From Ranitomeya imitator (Eukaryota), in NCBI RefSeq assembly GCF_032444005.1, contig NC_091285.1, forward strand, positions 228,284,001-228,348,000: a stretch of 64,000 nucleotides of DNA, read 5' to 3'. The notes beneath the pieces were generated by a model that did no database searches, was not told the origin of the DNA, and saw only the letters and a program-made list of their open reading frames with translations. Shown here piece after piece: positions 36,177 through 47,063 of this stretch (position 1 is its first letter; the number at the start of each line of letters is the position of its first letter). The position numbers and the translations under genes are program-made.

Positions 36177-39100
36177 TGTGCTGCAGGGAATCACACTCAG
36201 CAGTAGGTAGCATTCAAACAGGCAATGTGGTCTTATCTAAATGTGCAGTTTTCTTGCTTTCATAAAATGCTAAGGGATTCCAAGCAAAACAGCCTCTTTT
36301 GGCAACACAGGTAGCAAAATAATCAGTTCATGCAAGAGCAGGTAGTGATTACCAGAGCCAGATCACCCTTTCAGAATTCAGTCGTTCTCTCATTGCAGGC
36401 TAAACAATGCCAGAGTCTCTTCCATACAGCAGTTCAGGTTCACACCAAACTTAGTGTCCTTCACATTCACTGGTTATGCACCAGTTCCAATAACTTTCAG
36501 GCTCGGGTAGACTATTGACCACTAAATGGTCCTTTCTAACACCAGACTGCTCCGCTCCCTAGCTGACTGACAAACTCTCAGCCTGGTGTTCTAGACATAG
36601 TTAACCAGATACACCTAATTAAGACCTGCAGTGCTATGAATAAACCCCGTCCTACCCAGATTTCCTACACACCTCCCCCCTCTGCCCAAAGCTGAGGGGT
36701 GGCACCATCTGCCAACCCATGGTGGCTACAGGGGTCACTTTACCAAAACTGATTTTGTTAGGGGGCGTGGACAGTTCTATATTAACTTCTCTTAGACTAC
36801 TTCCCGGTGGGCCTCATGAATTCTACAGGGATTTAAATTGACCCAAGTGAAAGGCTTATGTTTGATGACATGGGTGTGACCAAGTAACTCCAGGAACCTG
36901 TCACTATTTTTGTGTTCAATTTCCTGGTTGTGTTGTCTTTGGGAAGTTGACAAACTTCCTGTTACTTTTGCATCCAGAATGGTGGCTTCTGACTGGACCA
37001 ACAAGCAAGTGGTTTTTAGCGGATTTCTATACTTACAGGGTGTTAGCAGGTTGCCAAAATATATGGGAAAGGGCTTTCTTTTCCCTGGTTGGTGTATGTA
37101 CTTTATAGTTGACCTCAATGGCATTTTCCACAACCTTATAGGGTCCCTGCCACTGGGTAAGCAAGCTGTTCTCCCCTGTGGCACTCAACAAGTACCCAAT
37201 ATCCAGGCTTAAATTTTCTCACTTTAGCCAACCGATAATACCCCTTTATTGTGCCCCTTGTGCTTTGAGGAGGTGATCTTTTACCTAGCCTGTAACTTTG
37301 GTCCTTCAACACCACAGATCATTATACCTGGCCAATTGTGGAAAACGATTATCGGCTACTGGCTTCTTGGGAACACCATTTAACACACTTACATTTTCCA
37401 GAGTACGTTTTATCATTAAGTCTCTGATCTGGGCTTCTCCAGGTCAGGAACCTTGGCTTCAGGGGATGCTTCCTCATCCTCCTCTCTAGCTAATACAGTG
37501 AAAGAAAATTCCTGTTCACATCATGTGACCTTGTCACCAAAGCTGGCGCCTTACTGGACTACTGGGTGCTGCAGATTCAGTTTATAAGTCTCAGAACCAT
37601 GGAAAATCACATCCGATAACAATAGCATGAAATAAGTCTTTGATTACTCCATCTCTCAAGACACAGAACCACTGTTTGTGAATATTTCAAACTGGGCCAC
37701 GGGATAGTTTTTGGCATCTCCATGGCTACACCTTACCCCCTGTTATGAAAGGCAATTCAGTACTACAATGGACATAGCGGTCAGAGCACATACAAATCAT
37801 AGAACGAGCTCTGAGACGTGGGAACTCTGCAGACCGCAATCCCTAATCCTCTCCAAACAACACTAGAGGCAGCCGTGGATTGCGCCTAACTCTGCCTATG
37901 CAACTCGGCACAGCCTGAGAAACTAACTAGCCTGAAGATAGAAAATAAGCCTACCTTGCCTCAGAGAAATACCCCAAAGGAAAAGGCAGCCCCCCACATA
38001 TAATGACTGTGAGTTAAGATGAAAAGACAAACGTAGAGATGAAATAGATTCAGCAAAGTGAGGCCCGACTTTCTTAACAGATCGAGGATAGAAAAGGTAA
38101 CTTTGCGGTCTACACAAAACCCTAAAGAAAACCACGCAAAGGGGGCAAAAAGACCCTCCGTACCGAACTAACGGCACGGAGGTACACCCTTTGCGTCCCA
38201 GAGCTTCCAGCAACAAGTTAGACAAGCTGGACAGAAAAAATAGCAAACAAATAGCAAAGAAGAACTTAGCTATGCAGAGCAGCAGGCCACAGGAATGATC
38301 CAGGGAAAAGCAAGTCCAACACTGGAACATTGACAGGAAGCCATGATCAAAGCATTAGGTGGAGTTAAGTAGAGAAGCACCTAACGACCTCACCAGATCA
38401 CCTGAGGGAGGAAACTCAGAAGCCGCAGTACCACTTCCCTCCACCAACAGAAGCTCACAGAGAGAATCAGCCGAAGTACCACTTGTGACCACAGGAGGGA
38501 GCTCTGCCACAGAATTCACAACAACCCCCATCCTCTTCCCAGGGATTAGGACATGCGGAAATGTGTCCCTTACCAGTGTTACCAAGCTTCCTGAGTCCAC
38601 TTCATGAATTCATGAATTCAGAAGTCCCATCACTTGGATTCTGTTCAGTCACCTGTCATGGCTTTGGTCCATCACCAAAGTGAGGTATGGCAGTGCACGT
38701 GGGATGTGCAAAAAATTAGATGCATCGGCGTACGAAACAGTTCGTGGGTCATGATATCAGTGGACAATGAGCTGATATATGACCCGGGGCATGACACCTC
38801 CAACAGACAATGGCATGAGATGTACCTCTTGATCCCAGATCTGACCCCCCCTATGTCTTTGTGCACCCCTCAGGCATGAACTTGGACCTTCTCTTTTTTG
38901 TATCCCAGATGGTGACCCTTAATTGCTCAGGGATTTCTCTGTAGCCAAGTATCTTTCCACAAGGTCATCTGCATTTTGGGGAGCTGGGTTACCAGGTTTG
39001 CATGGATTTAGTTAATGAATAGATAAATCGGTCCACTCAGAGTAGGTCTAAGGCAGCAGCCTTTTTTGCACCAGGTGTAATAGGTCAAACACATGGGACC

Positions 39101-39660
39101 GGGGAGGCTTGTCTTTAGGTAGCGCCAGAGGTGTACCCATTGCGCCTGCACTGCCAGGGCTATTCCCAAATGTACCATAATCTCCACCTTCAGCTTGTCA
39201 TACTCTTTGGCAATATGCAGGGCAAGGTTGTAGTACACTTTCTGCAGTTAACCAGTGAGGTATGGAGCTAGGATCTCTGCTCATTGCTCTGGTCATTTTC
39301 TGCAAGGCCTCCCGTATTGTTTGCTTCACATGGTTACCTTTACTTTGGCATGTGGAAGGTGCTGTCTCCCTGGCCCAGACAGTATCTGCCAAGAGAACCA
39401 TCTGCTGTTGATAAACCTGCTGTAACTGCTGCTGAAACTGTTGCTGGTGCTGCTGAAACTGTTGTTGTTGCTGCTGCTGGTGCTGTTGCTGCAGATTGGC
39501 TTTTTGCAGCTGTTTAACAAGCTTTCACAACCTTTCTAACCTTAAAAGCCACATTCAGCTCTGAGAGAGGGTCTCAAGCCACATCCAACTCCCGCCCCCC
39601 TCACAGTAGTGGCAACCAAAAAACCCATTACCGGTATAATGATGACCAAAGCTTTTCCAC
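36177..39660 (-). mobile_element. Old, internally deleted Gmr1-like Gypsy (SCAN-like gag, PR, IN remnants, 3' LTR)
   Basis: Minus-strand translations: Q-rich gag start; EYDKLKVEIMVHLG..AQ.VH.W (SCAN-like, ~39000-39240); CWRCHAPGHISAHC (38761-38805); PR DSGS..GVRCSHGDAKNYP split by a solo LTR; IN tail WQGPYKVVE..EVNYKV, HQPGKRKP. PPT-like GAGGGGGAGGTG beside TG at ~36668. Outer limits approximate. Confidence 0.7.
37741..38523 (-). mobile_element. Solo LTR related to Gypsy B
   Basis: TG...CA, aligns to Gypsy B LTRs; 6-bp TSD ACCCCC at 37735-37740 and 38524-38529. Confidence 0.95.
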
Positions 39661-41228
39661 AGAAATCACCCTGAAGCAGTATACCAAGATCCAGGGGTAC
39701 ACACAATACCCTCATTGAGTATTCCCCCATTAAGCACTTCCAACACACTGTCACATCCAGCTTCAAGCACCTCCTATGACAGGTCATATCATCCTGTCTT
39801 CAATGAACCAAACTTAAATTATGTCAAAACCCATAAGACCAGTATATGTGCACCCAGATCTGCTCTTTTGTGCAGTGTTACTTACAAAATTCACCATTTT
39901 GAGATGTGCTCTTCATTCTTGCTTGCTAGACCTAGAGCTAATTCACAAGCAGGCAAACAGCTGCGAGCCACAATTCATGGGACCGCGAACCACGTGTTCC
40001 TAAAACTACAGGTTGGGGACCACTGATTTAGACAGTACTTGCTCTGGGAAGCTTCTAAGGGTACATCAAATTTATCGTTTGGCATGCACCAATGTGATAA
40101 ATTTTGCCCATTTTCAGATTTCTAGCCTACATTTATAGTCTAAGTTTAAATTGTCTAAATATTTAAATATTAGACTTGATTAGCAAATCTGCCCCATTAT
40201 TCAGCAAATGGCAGTTATGCCAAAATCCCAATAAACTAAAACATTAGTGAGAGTTACAGAGGCAATGTAGAGTGAAAATGCTTTTATTCCAGCAATAGGC
40301 AACAACCATTCTGCAGACATCTATTTATATAATCGTTTAAGGAGCACTTCTGTCTGTCAGTATGTCACGCGTCGCTGATTGGTCGCGGCCACCAATCAGA
40401 GATGGGCACAGTCCTGCCACGAATTTGCCCCTTCCTACTCTGTCAGTGCCCACTCCAGTCAGCGCTCACACAGGGTTAATGGCTGTGTTACACCGCGTTA
40501 TGCCGCGGTGTAACGCAGTCCGTTAACGCTGCTATTAACCCTGTGTCACCAACTTTTTACTATGGATACTGCCTATGCAGCATCAATAGTAAAAAGATCT
40601 AATGTTAAAAATTTAAGAAAAAAAATAAAAAAATAATTATATACTCACCTTTCGGCGCCTTTCCTGCTTATCGCGACGCTCCGGGCCTTGCATTGCGGTC
40701 TCGCGAGATGATGACGTAGCGGTCTCACGAGACTGCTAAGTCATCTGGGTAATTTTGCAATGCACCGCTGGGAACGGAAGCTGGCATCTGCATCGCACGC
40801 ATAGGGACAGCTTCACTGGACGCCGGAGGTTGAGTATATAACTATTTTTTATTTTCATTCTATTTTTTAACAGGGATATGGTGCCCACAGTGCTATATAG
40901 TACTCGGGCTGTGCTATATACTGCGAGGCTGCTATATACTATATGGGCAGTGTTATATACTGGGTGGCCAGTTTTATATATTGCGTGGGCAGTGTTATAT
41001 ACTACGTGGGCAATTTTATATACTACATGGGCAATGTTAAATACTACGTGGGCTGTGTTATATACTGCGTGGATGCTATATATTGTGCGGGCTGTGTTAT
41101 ACAGTACAGACCAAAAGTTTGGACACACCTTCTCATTTAAAGATTTTTCTGTATTTTCAGGACTATGAAAATTGTGCATTCACAATTAAGGCATCAAAAC
41201 TATGAATTAAAACATGTGGAATTATATA

Positions 41229-43012
41229 CCGTATATATTTGAGTATAAGCCGACCCGACTATAAGCCGACCCCCTTAATTTTGCAACAAAAAACTGGGAA
41301 AACTTATTGACTCGTGTATATGCCTAGGGTGGAAAATGCAGAAGCTACCGGTAAATGCCAAAAATAAAAATAGATACCAATAAGAGTAAAATTTATTGAG
41401 ACATCAGTAGGTTAAGTGTTTTTGAATATCCATATTGAATCAGGAACCCCATAAAATGCTCCATACAGTTCATTATGGCCCCATAAGATGCTCCATATTA
41501 AAATATGCCCCATATAATGCTCCATGCAGTTCTTTACGGCCCCATAAGATGCTTCATATACAAATATGCCCCATATAATGCTCCATGCAGTTCTTTATGG
41601 CCCCATAGATGCTCCATATGAAGCTGTTCCACATATAATGCTGCTGCTGCAATAAAAAAAAATGACATACTCACCTCTCATCACTGCCTGCTGCTCCTCA
41701 GCGTCCTGTCTCTCTGCACTGACTGTTCAGGCAGAGGGCGGCGTGCACACTAATATGTCATCGCTCCCTCTGACCTGAGCAGTCACAGCAAGAGGATGGG
41801 AAGACGGAGCGGCGCCCGGCGGGTGGAACGTGGACAGGTAAATATGAAATACTCACCTGCTCCGGCGCGGTCCCTCGCTCCTTCTGGACAGCTGATTTCC
41901 GGGCACTGCAGCTTCTTCCTTTGTCAGCGGTCACTGGTACCGCTCCCCTATGGGAGTGGAGTTCATATTCATTACTGTAATGAGCGGTACCACGTGACCG
42001 CGGAACAGAGGAAGGTGTTGTGAATTCCGCTCTTGGGCTCCCTCCGGTGGTTGTAAGTGGCACTTTTGTGAGTTCTGCTCTTGGGCTCCCTCCGGTGGTT
42101 TTAAGTGGTATGGCTGCTCCTTGGATTTAGCAGTCTGCAGCTGCTTCCACTGATTGTCTTTCTGCTCGGCTATTTATGCCTGGCTCTCTCTTCAGCCAGT
42201 GCCACTTGTCAATGGTTCCTGGTTGGATTCACATCTCTCTTTGGATTTCCCTGTTATCCTGACCAGTTCAGCAAAGCTAAGTCATTGCTTGCTCTTTTCT
42301 GTCCACAGGTTGTGGACTTATCCGTTCTGTGCTTTCTATGTTTGTCCAGCTTGTAAGTATGAATTAATTCTGCGTAGCTGGAAGCTCTGGGAAGCAGATT
42401 TACCCTCCACACCTTTAGTCAGGTGTGGAGATTTTTGTAAACTCTGTGTGGATTTTTTGTAGTGTTTTATACTGACCGCACAGTATTCCATCCTGTCCTA
42501 TCTATCTAGCTAGACTGGCCTCCTGTGCTCATCCTGGTTTCATTCTGTGTATGTCTTTTCCCTCTCCACTCACAGTCATTACTTGTGGGGGGCTATCTAT
42601 CCTTTGGGGATTTTCTCTGAGGCAAGATAGTTTTCCTGTTTCTATCTTTAGGGGTAGTTAGTTCTCAGGCTGTGACGAGGTGCCTAGGGAGTGACAGGAG
42701 CATCCCACGGCTACTTCTAGTGTTGTGTTGAGCTTAGGGACTGCGGTCAGTACAGGTACCACTTCCTTCTGAGCTCGTCCCATGTTGCTCCTAAACCACC
42801 AGATCATAACAGGAAGGGCTGCGGCACCATAAGACCATGGGACAGGCAGGGCCAGTGCCAGGAGTGCTAGGAGCAGGTGAGTATGCGACAGTCCTCTCTC
42901 CCCCTCACCTGCCGACCCTGCCGCCGACCATGACTCGAGTATAAGCCGAGAGGGGCACTTTCAGTCCAAAAATTTGGGCTGAAAATCTCGGCTTATACTC
43001 GAGTATATACGG
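41229..43012. mobile_element. TA-target MITE (Tc1/mariner-pogo type) in the left TIR of the Tc1
   Basis: TIRs CCGTATATA..GAGTATAAGCCGA / TCGGCTTATACTCGAGTATATACGG; TA TSD 41227-41228 and 43013-43014. Removing it restores the Tc1 TIR seen at the right end. Confidence 0.93.
42016..42811 (+). mobile_element. Solo LTR, chromovirus-type family related to B and D
   Basis: TGTTGTGAATTC...CATAACA; 6-bp TSD GGAAGG at 42010-42015 and 42812-42817. Confidence 0.93.
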
Positions 43013-43301
43013 TACTTAAAAAAAAAGTGTGAAACAACTGAAAATATGTCTTATATTCTAGGTTCTTCAAAGTAGCCACCTTTTGCTTTGATGACTGTTT
43101 TGCACACTCTTGGCATTCTCTTGATGAGCTTCAAGAGGTACTCACCGGGAATGGTTTGCACTTCGCAGGTATGCCCTGTCAGGTTTAATAAGTGGGATTT
43201 GTTGCCTTCTAAATGGGGTTGGGGCCATCAGTTATGTTGTGCAGAAGTCTGGTGGATACACAACTGATAGTCCTACTGAATAGACTGTTAGAATTTGTAT
43301 T

Positions 43302-44343
43302 ATGGCAAGAAAAAAGCAGCTAAGTAAAGAAAAACGAGTGGCCATCATTACTTTAAGAAATGAAGGTCAGTCAGTCCGAAAAATTGAGAAAAGTTTGAAA
43401 GTGTCCCCAAGTGGCAAAAACCATCAAGAGCTACAAAGGAACTGTCTCTCTTGAGGATCGCCCCAGGAAAGGAAGACCAAGAGTCACTTCTGCTTCTGAG
43501 GATAAGTTTATCCGAGTCACCAGCCTCAGAAATAGCAGGTTAACAGCAGCTCAGATTAAAGACCAGGTCAATGCTACACAGAGTTCTAGCAGCAGACACA
43601 TCTCTACAACAACTGTTAAGAGACTTTGTGCATTAGGGCTTCATGGTAAAATAGCTGCTAGAAAACCACTGCTAAGGACAGGCAACAAGCAGAAGAGACT
43701 TATTTGGGCTTAAAAAAAAACACAAGGAATGGACATTAGACCAGTGGAAATCTGTGCTTTGGTCTGATGAGTCCAAATTTAAGATCTTTGGTTCTAAACA
43801 CCGTGTCTTTGTGCGACGCAGAAAAGGTGAACGGATGTACTCTACATGCCTTGTTCCCACCGTGAAGCATAGAGGAGGAGGTGTGATGGCGTGGGGGTGC
43901 TTTGCTGGTGACACTGATGGGGATTTATTCAAAATTGAAGGCATACTGAACCAGCATGGCTACCACAGCATCTTGCAGTGGCATGCTGTTCCATCCAGTT
44001 TGCGTTTAGTTGGACCATCATTTATTTTTCAACAGGACAATGACCCCAAGCACACCTCCAGGCTGTGTAAGGGCTATTTGACCAAGAAGAAGAGTGATGG
44101 GTGCTACGCCAGATGACCTGGCCTCCACAATCACCAGACCTGAACCCAATCGAGATGGTTTGGGGTGAGCTGGACCGCAGAGTGAAGGCAAAAGGGCCAA
44201 CAAGTGATCTCTGGGAACTCCTGCAAGATTGTTGGAAGACCATTCCCGGTGACTACCTCTTGAAGCTCATCAAGAGAATGCCAAGAGTGTGCAAAGCAGT
44301 CATTAAAGCAAAAGGTGGCTACTTTGAAGAACCTAGAATATAA
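43302..44343 (+). pseudogene. Tc1 DD34E transposase, frameshifted
   Basis: MARKKQLSKEKR start; GRPR; WSDESKF; FQQDNDPKH; WPPQSPDLNPIE, spread over several frames. Confidence 0.93.
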
Positions 44344-46489
44344 GACATATTTTCAGTTGCTTCACACTTTTTTGTTAAGTATATAATTCCACATGTGTTA
44401 ATTCATAGTTTTGATGCCTTCAGTGTGAATGTATAATTTTCATAGTCATGAAAATACAGAAAAATTTTAAATCAGAAGGTGTGTCCAAACTTTTGGTCTG
44501 TACTGTATACTATGTACGCAGTGTTATTTACTACGTGGGAAGTGTTATTTACTACGTGGCAGTGTTATATACTACGTGCGCAGTGTTATATACTACATGG
44601 GCAGTGTTATATACTGTGTGGCAGTGTTATATGCTGTGTTATATACTATGTGGGCAGTGTTATATACTACGTGGGCTGTGCTATATACTACATGGGCAGT
44701 GTATATATATATATATATATATATACTACGTGGGCTGTCTTTTATACTATGTAGGCTGTGTTATAAACTATGTGGGCAGTGCTATATACTATGTGGGCAG
44801 TGTTATATGCTATGTGGGCAGTGTTATATACTGCGTGGCCTGTGTTGTATACTGCCTGGCTGTCTGTGTTATATACTACGTGGGCAGTGTTATATACTAT
44901 GTGGGCTGTGTTATATACTACGTGGCAGTGTTATATACTACGTGGCTGTGTTATATACTACGTGGCAGTGATATATACTATGTGGGCAGTGTTGTATACT
45001 ACGTGGCAGTGTTATATACTACGTGGGCAGTGTTATATACTATGTTGGCTGTGTTATATTCTACGTGGCAGTGTTACATACTACGTGCGCAGTGTTATAT
45101 ACTACTTGGGCTGTGTTATATACTACGTGGCAGTGATATATATACTACGTGGGCAGTGTTATATACTACATGGGTTGTGTTATATACTTCGTGGGCAGTG
45201 TTATATACTACGTGGGCTGTGTTATGTACTACGTGGGCTGTGTTATATACTACGTGGCTGTGTTATATACTACGTGGCTCTTATATACTACATGGTTGTG
45301 CTATATACTACGTGGCTGTTTGTGTTACGTGGCCTCTGCTAAATGCTATGTGGCTGCTATATATACACACATACATACATATTCTAGAATACCTGATGCG
45401 TTAGAATCGGGCCACCATCTAGTTATATATATAAATTCCATTTTTGCTACGCATGTAAAAATGCGCGGTGATTAGCACACATTTTGATCACAGTGTGTTT
45501 GACCTCCTGCTAGCAATAAGGTGATTTTGTAAATGGAACCCTATACTAAAGACTCACCTCTATATCTATACCTTAATTAAGCAGGGAATATATCGGTTAT
45601 ACTTATCTATGTTTAAGAACAGTCTAGGAAAAATGGATGAATAAGGTACAAGGACCTTGGAGGTAATCACTCCTACCACAGCATAATGCAGTATACAATT
45701 GGGCCAGGACTACCTGTAATAATATAAGAATGCACAGATCCATGACATTGGCTCCCTTACAAGATAATATATTTAAACAATATGCATCAGCCTTTGGATA
45801 CATTATTTACATGAGTTCCAACTATATGGTAAATTTAGTATAAAAATGTATGATGGTTCTGTGAATAAGCTGTATTTATCATTCTGTTAGATTTGCAAAA
45901 ATGTACCGTAGTACACTTGCATAGAGTGGTTTATCCCCTTTATAGACCATTGTGCTCTACTTGCTGACAATCAACTGTCACTGAATAGTGTTCTATTATC
46001 ATTAGTTACACTGTAAGAAAAGCTCCACCAGAAAGTGACAGACAACAAAAAAAGGTGAATTAGAAATAAGTGAACAGTTATCCATGTATCACAAAAAGAA
46101 TTTGTGGCATATAATCTTTTTCTTTGTGGCTGGGATTATTTTAAGGCAGGCATAAAAGGAAAATAAATAAAAAACATTTTGAGAATATATTGTGGATGAT
46201 TGAAATAACAACTAGATATCGCAGTTGTAAGAATTATGACACGCTGATCCACCTACATTGTCATTCACAAGTAAATTACAAGGACAGAAAACTCCTTACC
46301 TGTCATTTGCTGCTATTTACTGCTGTATTTTACACAATCTATATTCTTCAATTGTATCCAGATCTGCTGATAATCTCCGACCACTTTAAAGGGGAATTCC
46401 CAGAAAAAAATATGGTTTGTTTTTAACGTACACAAGGGCTGTAAATTAAGTAAATTGTATCGCTGTTAATTTCCCTACTGGCAGCCTTA

Positions 46490-46910
46490 GGCTACTTTCA
46501 CACTAGCGTTTTCTGCAATCCGTCACAATGCGTCGTTTTGCAGAAAAAACGCATCCTGCAAAAGTGCTTGCAGGATGCGATTTTACCCCATAGACTTGTA
46601 TTGACGACGCATTTGCGACGGATTGCCACATGTCGCATCCGTCGAGCGACGGATGCGTCATGCTTCTGCGGACCGTCGGGAGCAAAAAACGCTACATGTA
46701 ACGTTTTGTGCTCCTGATGGACCGCTTTTTCCGACCGCGCATGCGCAGCTGGAACTCCGCCCCCACCTCCCCGTACCTTACAATGGGGCAGCGGATGCGC
46801 CGGAGAAATGCATCCGCTGCCTCCATTGTGCAATGCGCTAAACGCTAGCATCAGAATCTCTCCCCGACGCATTGCGACGGGGAGATTCCGACGCTAGTGT
46901 GAAAGAAGCC
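46490..46910. mobile_element. Harbinger-type MITE
   Basis: TIRs GGCTACTTTCACACTAGCG / CGCTAGTGTGAAAGAAGCC; TTA TSD at 46487-46489 and 46911-46913. Confidence 0.9.
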
Positions 46911-46913
46911 TTA

Positions 46914-47063
46914 GGCTATGTTCACACATTGCGTTTTTGCTGCGTTTTTTTTTTACTGCATGCAAAACCTGCTCTCTTGGCAGTAAAGGAGCTGCTTACA
47001 AAAATCAGGTTTTGCTCAGTTTTCGCTGCATTTTTGTTTTTTGTGCATGCTGATAAAGTTTCT
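46914..47063. mobile_element. Left half of a second Harbinger-type MITE, fused to Gypsy D
   Basis: GGCTATGTTCACAC TIR directly after the shared TTA; no right TIR; joins Gypsy RT sequence at ~47064. Confidence 0.7.

Larger units (their letters stand above)
41102..44505 (+). mobile_element. Tc1 transposon (~1.6 kb after removing nested MITE)
   Basis: TIRs CAGTACAGACCAAAAGTTTGGACACACC / reverse complement, ~200 bp long; TA TSD at 41100-41101 and 44506-44507. Confidence 0.95.
40895..45345. repeat. ~21-bp minisatellite (TATACTACGTGGGCAGTGTTA)n of the Helitron, split by the Tc1 (40895-41100 and 44506-45345)
   Basis: Direct reading of degenerate 19-22-bp units on both sides of the Tc1. Confidence 0.92.
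40320..45422 (+). mobile_element. Non-autonomous Helitron containing a Tc1
   Basis: Begins TC after A (40319); ends CTAG (45419-45422) before T; subterminal hairpin CCTGAT/ATCGGG (45392-45411); no TSD; internal minisatellite. Confidence 0.82.

Noticed and set aside
39326-39520. Poly-Gln/Ser tract as a host repeat gene
   Set aside because: Lies at the N-terminus of the Gmr1-like gag remnant.
39655-39900. 5' LTR and PBS of the Gmr1-like element
   Set aside because: Only ~20 bp of weak similarity to the putative 3' LTR; not enough to call.
44448-45475. Tyr/Val/Cys-rich ORFs up to 318 aa
   Set aside because: Translations of the Helitron minisatellite.
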